Assembly (NCBI GenBank): GCA_903887095.1
Contig: CAISOQ010000203.1
Location: 1 to 53,639 of the forward strand
Reading direction: 5' to 3'
Length of the DNA stretch: 53,639 bases
DNA from: an uncultured Flavobacteriia bacterium
GTDB taxonomy: Bacteria > Bacteroidota > Bacteroidia > Flavobacteriales_D > Crocinitomicaceae
The notes under the pieces were generated by a model, which saw nothing but the letters and a program-made list of their open reading frames with translations, had not been told where the DNA came from and made no database searches. How positions within the stretch are numbered: the stretch's first letter is position 1; every line of letters starts with the position of its first letter. Positions 8,801 to 17,462 of this stretch are shown here, one piece after another. The position numbers and the translations under genes were made by a program.

Positions 8801-10327
8801 TTATTTAATCCTAATTTGTTGACCCACATTGAGTCTGTTTACATTCACACCGGGGTTGAGTCGAGACAATTGCGTTTGGGTAAGGCCATTCCGATCGGCA
8901 ATTTTTGAAAATGTATCTCCAGCTCGAACGGCATAGTATTTTTTAACGACAGGAGGCTCTTGTGCAGGAGTTTCCTTTGGCACTTCTTTTACAACAGGTT
9001 TTGCTTCGCCAGTTTTCAGTTTAAGCCGTTGACCAACATAAATATTTGAAGTTCGTAAAGCATTCCATTCCATAAGTTGCTGGATTGTAACTTTATACTT
9101 TGTTGCAATACTCGCCATTGTTTCACCAGACTTTACCTTGTGGTATATGTAGGTTTCGACGGCTTCCCCTTTGGACACACCAAGGGAGTCTGTAATTTGA
9201 ACTGTATCAATTATTACAGGTGTTTCAACAACTGGTTTTGGTGCAACATATCCTTGTCCAGAATAGCCGCGTTTTTCCATGGCATACAAACTATCCTCTA
9301 AACTTACAAGTAATCCAATCTTTTCTAGGGGACCAGAAATACATTGTCCCGGATTTGTTTTTGGAATATAGGTGCTCTTATAAACTGGATTTAGGCTTTT
9401 TATATCGTCAACCGGCCAGTTTACAAGTTTAGAGATGGTTGCCATGTGCATTCCTGACGAAAGACACATAGTATCGAGTTGGGCATAATGTACTTTCGGT
9501 TCGATGGGTAAAATGTTGTGCTCAGCATGGAATGTCAATAAATAGGCAGCGGCTAAAAAATTAGGAACATACGCTTGAGTCTCAGAAGGTAAATAGGGCC
9601 GAACTTCCCAATAAGTGGTTTTGTTTCCTGATCTTCTAATTGCATGGTTCACGTTTCCGGGCCCCGCATTGTATGCAGCAAGCGCCAGATTCCATTCTCC
9701 GTAGATGCCATATAATTGCTTTAAATACCTGCAAGCTGCATCTGTCGCTAAAACAGGATCCATTCGCTCATCAAGGTAAGAATTCTCTTTCAACCCAAAA
9801 TAAAGCCCTGTGCGGTACATAAATTGCCAAAGTCCGAGCGCTCCTGCATGTGACTTAACTTGCGGTCTCAACCCACTTTCTATTACTGGAAGAAACTTTA
9901 ATTCTAAAGGCAGCCCATATTCAGAAAGCTTTTCTTCGAACATGTCGAAATAGAGATTGGATCGCCCAAGTATAATCCGCGCAAAACTTCGCCTGCTTTT
10001 TACAAAAAACTTAATGGTTGATAAAGTGGCTTGGTTGCATTCAAATTTGAACGGTGTTGTTTCGTTCAATTTTTTAATATGCTCACAGTATTGCTCGTCT
10101 GTAAATTGAGGAATATGATCAGGCTCATAATTGAGCGCTTTGATAATTGAATCATACTCATTTTTGTTGACGTAATCCGTTAAAAACAAACGAAGGCTTT
10201 GTTCAACAGTGTTGATAAAGGGATCTTTGTTTAAAGTATCTCCCGGCTTCACAAGATGCGCCGCTTTCTGCGAGTAAACCCCTGTCAGAAAACAGATAAT
10301 AAGTGATACCGAAAGGATAATTCTCAT
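8801..10327 (-). CDS. Membrane-bound lytic murein transglycosylase (MltD-like) with two C-terminal LysM domains
   Basis: Signal peptide, SLT core ESGLRP..SHAGALGLWQFMYRTG..AYNAGPGNV, and two LysM repeats (YHKVKSGETMASIA..., YYAVRAGDTFSKIA...). Confidence 0.85.
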   Translation of the reverse strand: MRIILSVSLIICFLTGVYSQKAAHLVKPGDTLNKDPFINTVEQSLRLFLTDYVNKNEYDSIIKALNYEPDHIPQFTDEQYCEHIKKLNETTPFKFECNQATLSTIKFFVKSRRSFARIILGRSNLYFDMFEEKLSEYGLPLELKFLPVIESGLRPQVKSHAGALGLWQFMYRTGLYFGLKENSYLDERMDPVLATDAACRYLKQLYGIYGEWNLALAAYNAGPGNVNHAIRRSGNKTTYWEVRPYLPSETQAYVPNFLAAAYLLTFHAEHNILPIEPKVHYAQLDTMCLSSGMHMATISKLVNWPVDDIKSLNPVYKSTYIPKTNPGQCISGPLEKIGLLVSLEDSLYAMEKRGYSGQGYVAPKPVVETPVIIDTVQITDSLGVSKGEAVETYIYHKVKSGETMASIATKYKVTIQQLMEWNALRTSNIYVGQRLKLKTGEAKPVVKEVPKETPAQEPPVVKKYYAVRAGDTFSKIADRNGLTQTQLSRLNPGVNVNRLNVGQQIRIK

Positions 10328-11742
10328 GAATCCAAGGTGTTGTTAACTAAAATACTTGCAATATCGAAAAGTTCCTTCTCAGCAAAATGATTTCCCATAA
10401 GCTGAATACCAAAGGGTAGTCCATTCGAGTGCTCCCCTAAAGGTAACGATAATGCCGGATTTCCGGTAAGATTTGCATGTACCGTAAATATATCTTGCAA
10501 ATACATCTGAATAGGATCATTTACGGAATCCAATGCAAATGCAGTTGATGGTGTTGTAGGTAAAATTATTGCGTTGTATTGATTAAGAATCTCATCAGTT
10601 TTATCCCGAAGTACACGTCGAACTTTTTGTCCTTTTGTGTAATAGGCATCATAAAAACCGTGTGAAAGGACAAACGTGCCTGCCATTATTCTGCGCTGAA
10701 CTTCAGGCCCAAAACCAAAAGAACGCGATTTTTTATAGGTGTCTTCAACTCCCTTCGCTTCTGGATGACGATAACCATAATGCACCCCATCAAATCGGGA
10801 AAGATTAGAAGAGGCCTCAGCTGTGGTCAACACGTAATAGGTCGGCACCATGTATTCAAGGTAAGGGAATGATACCTCCTCCACGAGATGACCTGCGGCC
10901 TTTAACTTGGAGATTTGTTTGTTCAAAGAAGATTTCACTTCCTCATCCACACCGTCAGCAGTTAAACTTTCCTTAAGGACTGCAATTTTCAAAGTTTTAC
11001 CCGAGCTTCGCTCTGTGCAAGTTTCAATTGGTCGTGAGGATGCTGTAGAATCGAATTCATCGATACCAGCCATTATTTCTAACAATAAAGCTGAATCGTT
11101 TAAGCTATTGGTAAAAGGACCGATTTGATCAAAAGAAGAAGCATATGCAATCAATCCATACCGACTAATTCTTCCATAGGTAGGTTTTAAACCATACGTT
11201 CCCGTAAACGAAGCGGGTTGGCGAATTGAACCACCCGTGTCACTTCCCAACGCCGCAGTGCACAGACCAGCAGAAACCGCCACGGCAGAACCGCCTGATG
11301 AACCTCCAGGAACAAGTGATTTGTTTAAATTATTCTTAACAGGACCGAAGGCAGAGTTTTCATTACTGCTACCCATGGCAAATTCATCGCAATTTAAACG
11401 CCCGATAATAACTGCATCTTCATCGATAAGTCGTTGAACAGCAGTTGCTGTATACAATGATTCAAATCCTTCGAGGATTTTTGATGCAGCAGATACTTTG
11501 TGATTTTTGTAACAGAGATTGTCTTTGATGCCGATTACCATTCCTGCTAGTCGACCGGCTGTGCCAGCTGCGATTTTTTGGTCAACAGACTCTGCTTGCG
11601 CAAGAGCAGAAGTTTCGAAAACTTCCAAGAAAGCATTCAAATCACTGGTTTGCTGAATAGCATTCAGGTATCCCTTCACAATATCTACAACCGCAGACCC
11701 TGAAGCAAGGGCAGATTTTACCTCAGCAAAAGTTTTATGCAT
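10324..11742 (-). CDS. gatA: Asp-tRNA(Asn)/Glu-tRNA(Gln) amidotransferase subunit A
   Basis: Amidase signature GGSSGGSAVAV..GSDTGGSIRQPA. Length and termini are typical of GatA. Confidence 0.93.
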   Translation of the reverse strand: MHKTFAEVKSALASGSAVVDIVKGYLNAIQQTSDLNAFLEVFETSALAQAESVDQKIAAGTAGRLAGMVIGIKDNLCYKNHKVSAASKILEGFESLYTATAVQRLIDEDAVIIGRLNCDEFAMGSSNENSAFGPVKNNLNKSLVPGGSSGGSAVAVSAGLCTAALGSDTGGSIRQPASFTGTYGLKPTYGRISRYGLIAYASSFDQIGPFTNSLNDSALLLEIMAGIDEFDSTASSRPIETCTERSSGKTLKIAVLKESLTADGVDEEVKSSLNKQISKLKAAGHLVEEVSFPYLEYMVPTYYVLTTAEASSNLSRFDGVHYGYRHPEAKGVEDTYKKSRSFGFGPEVQRRIMAGTFVLSHGFYDAYYTKGQKVRRVLRDKTDEILNQYNAIILPTTPSTAFALDSVNDPIQMYLQDIFTVHANLTGNPALSLPLGEHSNGLPFGIQLMGNHFAEKELFDIASILVNNTLDS

Positions 11743-11753
11743 GAAAATGGGAA

Positions 11754-11957
11754 TTAAGAATTCTTCTCCTCAGTATTTTGCTTTGGTTCAGTTGCTTGAT
11801 CTTTGTCAGATTTTGAAGCGTCTTTAAATTCTTTAACGCCCTGACCTAGACCTTTCATTAATTCAGGAATTTTCTTTCCACCGAACAATAAAAGCACAAC
11901 TGCTAAGATCAAAATAATATGGCCTCCACTAAGAAGTTGTAAAATCATCATATTCAT
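11754..11957 (-). CDS. tatA: Twin-arginine translocase TatA/E family protein
   Basis: [37 protein letters not shown] is the TatA TM plus amphipathic-helix signature. The track start at 11975 is the TTG of a TAccTTTG -7 box. The first ATG is at 11957. Confidence 0.85.
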   Translation of the reverse strand: MNMMILQLLSGGHIILILAVVLLLFGGKKIPELMKGLGQGVKEFKDASKSDKDQATEPKQNTEEKNS

Positions 11958-11972
11958 TTCCAAAAATTTTTT

Positions 11973-11980
11973 CAAAGGTA
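11973..11980 (-). promoter_or_regulatory. Bacteroidetes-type -7 promoter box (TACCTTTG) for tatA
   Basis: Exact TAnnTTTG match 16 nt upstream of the tatA ATG and downstream of the infB terminator. I found no clear -33 TTG. Confidence 0.4.
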
Positions 11981-12033
11981 GCTAAATCTGAGGAAACCTT
12001 TGATTTTATGCCGCCTTAAACTGTTAATTAAAC

Positions 12034-12059
12034 AAAAAAGCCCTCTAAGAGGGCCTTTT
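12034..12059 (-). terminator. Rho-independent terminator after infB
   Basis: On the minus strand, GCCCTC-tta-GAGGGC (6-bp GC-rich stem) is followed by TTTTTT. It lies 20 nt after the infB stop. Confidence 0.6.
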
Positions 12060-12079
12060 CAATAGTAAATCAAAGAAAT

Positions 12080-14827
12080 TTAGAGTTTTCTAGCTACTTC
12101 TACTTCTTCGAATGCTTCAATGATATCACCAATTTTAATATCGTTGAATTTATCAATGTTTAAACCACATTCGTAGTTGTTTTTAACTTCTTTTACATCG
12201 TCTTTGAAGCGTTTCAAAGAACCAAGAAGTCCAGTATGGATTACGATACCATCTCGGATTACACGAATCTTTGATGTACGTTTAATGATTCCATCCAATA
12301 CAAAACAACCTGCGATCGTACCTACTTTCGTTATATCGAATGTTTCGCGTACTTCAGCTGAACCAAGGATCTTTTCTTCAATATCTGGAGATAACATACC
12401 TTCCATAGCAGCTTTAATCTCATCGATTGCTTTGTAGATAACAGAGTATAATCGGATATCAATTTGTTCGTTCTCCGCTAACTTGCGTGCGGCCAAAGAA
12501 GGTCGAACTTGGAAACCTATAATGATTGCATCTGATGCAGATGCTAAGTTGACATCTGCCTCAGAAATCGCACCTACACCTTTGTGTACGATGTTGATTT
12601 GAATTTCTTCAGTGGATAATCTCAACAATGAATCGGAAAGTGCTTCGATAGATCCATCCACGTCACCTTTCACAATGATATTTAATTCCTTAAAGTCTCC
12701 AATCGCCAAACGACGACCGATTTCATCCAACGTAATATGTTTCGTAGTCCGCAATCCTTGTTCACGGTATAATTGTTCTCTTTTAGACGAAATTGTTTTA
12801 GCCTCTTTTTCGTCGTCCATAACATGGAAAGTATCCCCTGCAGATGGAGCGCCGTTAATCCCCAATACCGATACTGGTTGAGATGGCCCGGCTTCTTTCA
12901 ATAAAACACCATGCTCATCGTGCATGGCACGTACGCGACCATAATTTCGACCTACCAAGACAACATCTCCAACGCGCATTGTACCTGCGGTAACCAACAT
13001 GTTCGTAACATATCCTTTTCCTTTGTCTAATGATGATTCGATTACATTTCCGTGAGCGTTTTTATCCGGATTTGCGCGTAGATTTAAAATTTCTGCTTCT
13101 AGCAATACCTTATCCAATAAGGCATCTATATTCAAGTTTTTCTTGGCTGAAATTTCCTGACATTGGTATTTGCCACCCCATTCCTCTACTAATATGTTCA
13201 TAGCAGAGAGTTGTTCGCGGATCTTATCAGGACTTGCACCCGGTTTATCAATTTTATTGATTGCAAATACCATTGGTACAGCTGCAGCCTGTGCGTGAGA
13301 AATTGCTTCTTTTGTTTGAGGCATTACATCATCATCCGCAGCGACAATGATAATCGCAACGTCTGTTACTTGAGCACCGCGAGCACGCATAGCTGTAAAG
13401 GCTTCGTGACCTGGTGTATCGAGGAATGTCATCTTGCGACCGTCTTTCAATGTCACAGAGTAGGCACCAATGTGCTGTGTAATTCCCCCTGCTTCACCTT
13501 CCGTTACATTCGCATTTCTTATTTTATCTAATAAGGATGTCTTACCATGATCAACGTGCCCCATAACCGTGATAATTGGCGGACGAGCAATCAAATCCTC
13601 TTCGCGGTCTTCCACTTCAGGGATTGCATCTTGTACTTCAGCAGAAACGAATTCTGTTTCAAATCCAAATTCATCTGCTACAATCTGAATCGTTTCTGCA
13701 TCAAGACGTTGGTTAATTGAGGCAAAGATTCCTAAAGACATACACGCCGATATAACTTGCGTTGGCGAAACATTCATCATTGCTGCCAATTCTGAAACTG
13801 TTACGAACTCAGTTAACTTCAAAATACCTTCTGCCATTTCTGCAGCCATCTGCTCTTGTTCACGACGGTGTGCTCGGTCATCACGTTTTGCACGACGGTT
13901 TTTGGATGCTTTAGACTTGCCACCCTGATTTGATAAGCGAGCAAGTGTTTCCTTGATCTCTTTTTGAATATCTCGCTCAGTAACCTGAGGCTTATCAACT
14001 TTTGGAGCTCCTTTTTTGAAGTTTTTATTTCCTCCACCCGCATCGTTTCCGGTGTTGGGTGTTGTGTTAACGTCAATTTTCTTGATCCTCTTGCGCTTCT
14101 TTCGTGAATCGTTAGAATCATCTCCAGGTTTACCGCCTGACGTTTTAGGTTTTTCAACCGGAAGTTCAATTCTACCAAGAACTGTTGGACCTGTCAAAAT
14201 TTTTCGTTCTACACGAATTGTTTCTATTTCCTTGGGAGGTTCAGGTGTCTGCTCAGGTGCTTTTTCTTCAACAATTTTAGGCTTTTCTTCAGGTTTTACC
14301 TCTTGCTTTGGTTCCGGTGCTTTTTCAACCTTTGGTTCCTGTACCTTTTTGTCAGGTCTTGTTTTTGTGTTCAGTTTGTCAAGATCAATTTTCCCGACAA
14401 CTTGCACCTGTACTTCGCCCTCACGCGCAGGTTTTGGCTTTTCTTCTATTACTTCTTCAACCTTTGGTTCCTTTGGGGCTTCCTCAACCTTTGGTTCTTC
14501 CAAAACAATTCGTTTGATTTCTTCAACATTGATTTCTTCAACGTCTTCTTCCTCTTCTTCAGTCGCCTCAGGAGCTTCACTTTTAGAATCGCGAATTGAG
14601 ATAGTCTCACGTCGTTCTCTCTTTACAGTTGAAAACTTCGACTGTTCCTTTAAGTTTTGATCTGCAGCGAACTCCTTTTGCAAAATATCATAATGCTCCG
14701 GCTCCAACTTTGTGTTGGGATTCGTGTCGATCTTAATGCCTTTAGAATGCAGGAAATCAATCAGTGTGGAGATCCCAACATTGAGTTCTCCAGCTGCTCT
14801 TCCTAATCTTATTGGTTTTCCAGCCAT
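12080..14827 (-). CDS. infB: Translation initiation factor IF-2
   Basis: G-domain [23 protein letters not shown], a K/E/P-rich low-complexity N-terminal region, and a conserved C-terminal domain. Confidence 0.97.
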   Translation of the reverse strand: MAGKPIRLGRAAGELNVGISTLIDFLHSKGIKIDTNPNTKLEPEHYDILQKEFAADQNLKEQSKFSTVKRERRETISIRDSKSEAPEATEEEEEDVEEINVEEIKRIVLEEPKVEEAPKEPKVEEVIEEKPKPAREGEVQVQVVGKIDLDKLNTKTRPDKKVQEPKVEKAPEPKQEVKPEEKPKIVEEKAPEQTPEPPKEIETIRVERKILTGPTVLGRIELPVEKPKTSGGKPGDDSNDSRKKRKRIKKIDVNTTPNTGNDAGGGNKNFKKGAPKVDKPQVTERDIQKEIKETLARLSNQGGKSKASKNRRAKRDDRAHRREQEQMAAEMAEGILKLTEFVTVSELAAMMNVSPTQVISACMSLGIFASINQRLDAETIQIVADEFGFETEFVSAEVQDAIPEVEDREEDLIARPPIITVMGHVDHGKTSLLDKIRNANVTEGEAGGITQHIGAYSVTLKDGRKMTFLDTPGHEAFTAMRARGAQVTDVAIIIVAADDDVMPQTKEAISHAQAAAVPMVFAINKIDKPGASPDKIREQLSAMNILVEEWGGKYQCQEISAKKNLNIDALLDKVLLEAEILNLRANPDKNAHGNVIESSLDKGKGYVTNMLVTAGTMRVGDVVLVGRNYGRVRAMHDEHGVLLKEAGPSQPVSVLGINGAPSAGDTFHVMDDEKEAKTISSKREQLYREQGLRTTKHITLDEIGRRLAIGDFKELNIIVKGDVDGSIEALSDSLLRLSTEEIQINIVHKGVGAISEADVNLASASDAIIIGFQVRPSLAARKLAENEQIDIRLYSVIYKAIDEIKAAMEGMLSPDIEEKILGSAEVRETFDITKVGTIAGCFVLDGIIKRTSKIRVIRDGIVIHTGLLGSLKRFKDDVKEVKNNYECGLNIDKFNDIKIGDIIEAFEEVEVARKL

Positions 14828-14875
14828 ATTTATTGCGCTTCCTTCTATTTAATTTAGGATATTTTGTGCTTTTAT

Positions 14876-16111
14876 TTATTCGAATTCTGCTCTCAGGATT
14901 CTGAATACTTCTTCAATTGTTTCTTGCTCAAGGTCAGTGCGCTGAACGAGGTCGTCAACACTGATTTCAAGCACAGATTTTGCCGTGTCACAGCCGATTG
15001 CTTTCAATTCGTCGATGATCCAACCATCGATTTCATCAGCAAATTCTTCAAGATCCACATCTTCAACATCTACCTCACCTTCACGGTAAACATCCAATTC
15101 ATAGCCACTTAATTTTCCAGCCAATTTGATGTTGTGACCACCTTTACCAATTGCAAGTGACACTTGATCTGGTTTCAAGAAAACTTTTGCTCGTTTGTCT
15201 TCTTCACTTATTTCAATTGAAGAAATTTTAGCTGGTGACAAAGCGCGTTGAATTAACAATTGAGAATTGCTCGTATAGTTAATAACATCGATGTTCTCGT
15301 TTCTTAATTCACGAACAATTCCATGAATACGAGAACCCTTCATTCCCACACATGCTCCAACCGGATCAACTCGGTCGTCGTATGATTCTACGGCAACTTT
15401 TGCTCTTTCTCCTGGCTCACGAACAATGCGCTTAATGGTAATAAGACCATCAAAAACTTCAGGAACCTCCAATTCGAACAAACGCTCAAGGAATTCTGGT
15501 GCTGTGCGAGAAAGAATAATAACCGGTGAGCTATTTCGCATGTCAACTTTTGCAACAACCGCACGAACCGACTCACCTTTCTTAAAGTAATCAGAAGGAA
15601 TTTGCTCCGATTTTGGCAAGATTAGCTCGTTGCCTTCGTCATCCAATACCATAATTTCTTTCTTCCAAACTTGGTAAACTTCTCCAGTAACGATTTCACC
15701 AACACGCTCCTTGTATTTTTTATACAAGTGATCTTTCTCCAATTCCATGATGCGAGAAATCAAATTCTGACGCAAAGAAAGAATGTTGCGGCGACCGAAA
15801 TCGGCAAACTTAAATTCTTCTGTTACCTCTTCACCGATTTCAAAATCAGGTTCAATTTTGATTGCATCTGAGTATGCTATTTCTGTGTTAGGATCTTCAA
15901 CTTCACCGTCGTCCACAATCTCTTTATTCAAGAAGATCTGAACGTCACCTTTGTCAATGTTAACAATGATGTCAATGTGTTCGTCAGTGTTAAATTTTTT
16001 CTTTAACATCGCACGGAATACATCTTCCAACACATGTTGCATCGTTTGTTTGTCGATGCTTTTCAATTCTTTGAATTCCGAAAACGAATCAACTAATTCA
16101 AGGCTATTCAT
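14876..16111 (-). CDS. nusA: Transcription termination/antitermination factor NusA
   Basis: S1 and two KH domains (e.g. GACVGMKGSRI, AIGKGGHNIKLA), located between rimP and infB. Confidence 0.96.
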   Translation of the reverse strand: MNSLELVDSFSEFKELKSIDKQTMQHVLEDVFRAMLKKKFNTDEHIDIIVNIDKGDVQIFLNKEIVDDGEVEDPNTEIAYSDAIKIEPDFEIGEEVTEEFKFADFGRRNILSLRQNLISRIMELEKDHLYKKYKERVGEIVTGEVYQVWKKEIMVLDDEGNELILPKSEQIPSDYFKKGESVRAVVAKVDMRNSSPVIILSRTAPEFLERLFELEVPEVFDGLITIKRIVREPGERAKVAVESYDDRVDPVGACVGMKGSRIHGIVRELRNENIDVINYTSNSQLLIQRALSPAKISSIEISEEDKRAKVFLKPDQVSLAIGKGGHNIKLAGKLSGYELDVYREGEVDVEDVDLEEFADEIDGWIIDELKAIGCDTAKSVLEISVDDLVQRTDLEQETIEEVFRILRAEFE

Positions 16112-16117
16112 GTTTAC

Positions 16118-16594
16118 CTATTTAAATGAAATTACAATTTTGGTTTCTTTTATTTGCGTCATCGGGAACACGAGTTGCTCCACAATAAGTTCTTTCTTTT
16201 TTTTGCCCTCGATCTTTTCCATGCGACTTTTCTCAAGTGTTACCTCTTCCGCAGTTGCCGCTGTTAAAAGACCTTCGTGCTTCTTTCCGTCGTTTGTGAC
16301 CAATTTCACTTCACGACCGATGTTTTTAATGTATTGTGCCAAAACGCGGAATGGTTTATCCAAACCTGCTGACGAAACATGCAGTTCAAAATCTTCGGAC
16401 TCACGATCCAAGTTGTGCTCAATATTTCTAGAAACAGACATACAATCATTGATTGAAACATTTCCATCCGATTTGTCAAGTTCCAAATGAATCACATTTG
16501 ATGCAGAAATGCTGATGTCAACAACAAACAAGCCGCTATTCAACTCGTTCATGCGTTCATCCGCTAATTCCAACACCTTTTTTTTACTAATCAT
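16118..16594 (-). CDS. rimP: Ribosome maturation factor RimP
   Basis: Its size, its position directly upstream of nusA, and the LEVSSAGLDKPF-like motif (HVSSAGLDKPF). Confidence 0.9.
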   Translation of the reverse strand: MISKKKVLELADERMNELNSGLFVVDISISASNVIHLELDKSDGNVSINDCMSVSRNIEHNLDRESEDFELHVSSAGLDKPFRVLAQYIKNIGREVKLVTNDGKKHEGLLTAATAEEVTLEKSRMEKIEGKKKKELIVEQLVFPMTQIKETKIVISFK

Positions 16595-16601
16595 GCGTCA
16601 T

Positions 16602-16626
16602 AAAAAGAGGGGACTTTCGTCCCCTC
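16602..16626 (-). promoter_or_regulatory. Terminator-like hairpin plus U5 in the rimP-nusA-infB leader (candidate attenuator)
   Basis: The minus strand reads GAGGGGAC-gaaa-GTCCCCTC followed by TTTTT, ending 7 nt before the rimP ATG. No upstream same-strand gene is available for it to terminate. Confidence 0.45.
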
Positions 16627-16656
16627 ATCCTTTCTTGCTATTTCTTAAATACGGCA

Positions 16657-16686
16657 CAAATATACAATACTTTTTTGAATAAACAA
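16657..16686 (-). promoter_or_regulatory. Candidate Bacteroidetes promoter for rimP-nusA-infB (-33 TTG, 19-nt spacer, -7 TATATTTG)
   Basis: On the minus strand, TATATTTG sits at 16664-16657 and TTG at 16686-16684, separated by exactly 19 nt. This predicts a leader of about 55 nt containing the hairpin. Confidence 0.45.
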
Positions 16687-16825
16687 GATTTAGCCAAGAT
16701 TATGATTTTATGAAATTAGAGAGAAGTTGGGGAATTGCATTTAATCAAGAGTGTTTTTACTACTAAAAAAGCTACTTGTTTTGATATAACTTATCGTTTC
16801 ACCAACTTTGTAAAAAAGGAAACGG

Positions 16826-17407
16826 ATGCTGATAGAAGTAGGTGAACAATTGGTTTCTTCACAAGTATTTGAGAGAAAATTTGTTTGTGATTTAAATGCA
16901 TGTAAAGGTGCATGTTGTATAGAGGGTAACTCAGGAGCGCCACTTCAATTGCATGAAATTGATTTATTGGAAGAACAGCTAGATGAAATTGAACCCTACA
17001 TGCGAAATGAGGGAAAGGAAGCTGTTCAAGAATCAGGGGTTTTCTATATGGATGATGACAATGAGCCGGTAACAACGCTGGTCAATGGGGCCGAATGTGC
17101 TTTTGTCTATTTTGATGAGAAGGGGATCACCAAATGCGCAATTGAAACTGCATACCGCGATGGTAATATCGATTTTAATAAGCCGCAATCGTGTCATTTG
17201 TATCCTATTCGTATTAAAAGACTGCACGACAAAAAAGTCTTGACATTTGAAGATTGGGAGATATGTGCACCCGCATGTGCCTGCGGTGAGCAACTCGACC
17301 TGCCAGTGTATAAATTTCTTCAAGAACCAATTAAAAGAGTGTTTGGGGAGAAGTTCGTTGATGAGTTGGCTTTGGTCGCAGAACAATGGATTCTATCCCG
17401 GAAATAA
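16826..17407 (+). CDS. DUF3109 family Cys-rich protein
   Basis: CDLNACKGACCIEGNSGAPL and the later C..C/CAPACAC cysteines match the Bacteroidetes DUF3109 pattern as I recall it. Confidence 0.7.
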   Translation: MLIEVGEQLVSSQVFERKFVCDLNACKGACCIEGNSGAPLQLHEIDLLEEQLDEIEPYMRNEGKEAVQESGVFYMDDDNEPVTTLVNGAECAFVYFDEKGITKCAIETAYRDGNIDFNKPQSCHLYPIRIKRLHDKKVLTFEDWEICAPACACGEQLDLPVYKFLQEPIKRVFGEKFVDELALVAEQWILSRK

Positions 17408-17410
17408 AAA

Positions 17411-17434
17411 AAGCCGCTTTGCGCGGCTCTTCTT
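17411..17434. terminator. Shared terminator between the convergent DUF3109 gene and the TonB receptor gene
   Basis: GCCGC-tttgc-GCGGC stem. On the minus strand it is followed by TTTTTTT (stronger). On the plus strand it is followed by tcttctt. Confidence 0.55.
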
Positions 17435-17462
17435 ATAATTATTTTGAGATATCCCACAAACA

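Noticed and set aside
14016-14660. A 214-aa plus-strand ORF antisense to infB. Other antisense ORFs lie at 14303-14599, 14308-14517, 13211-13531 and 13819-14178.
   Set aside because: They mirror the K/E/P-rich low-complexity N-terminal region of IF-2. The S/F/L-rich translations are the expected antisense artefact of GAA/AAA-rich coding DNA.
15951-16490. A 179-aa plus-strand ORF spanning the nusA/rimP junction.
   Set aside because: It is antisense to two well-supported genes, has an S/F/C-rich composition and has no start context.
16791-17386. Minus-strand ORFs (94 aa and 117 aa) overlapping the DUF3109 gene.
   Set aside because: The plus-strand frame carries the conserved Cys-rich DUF3109 pattern and a proper ATG. 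The antisense ORFs have no motifs.
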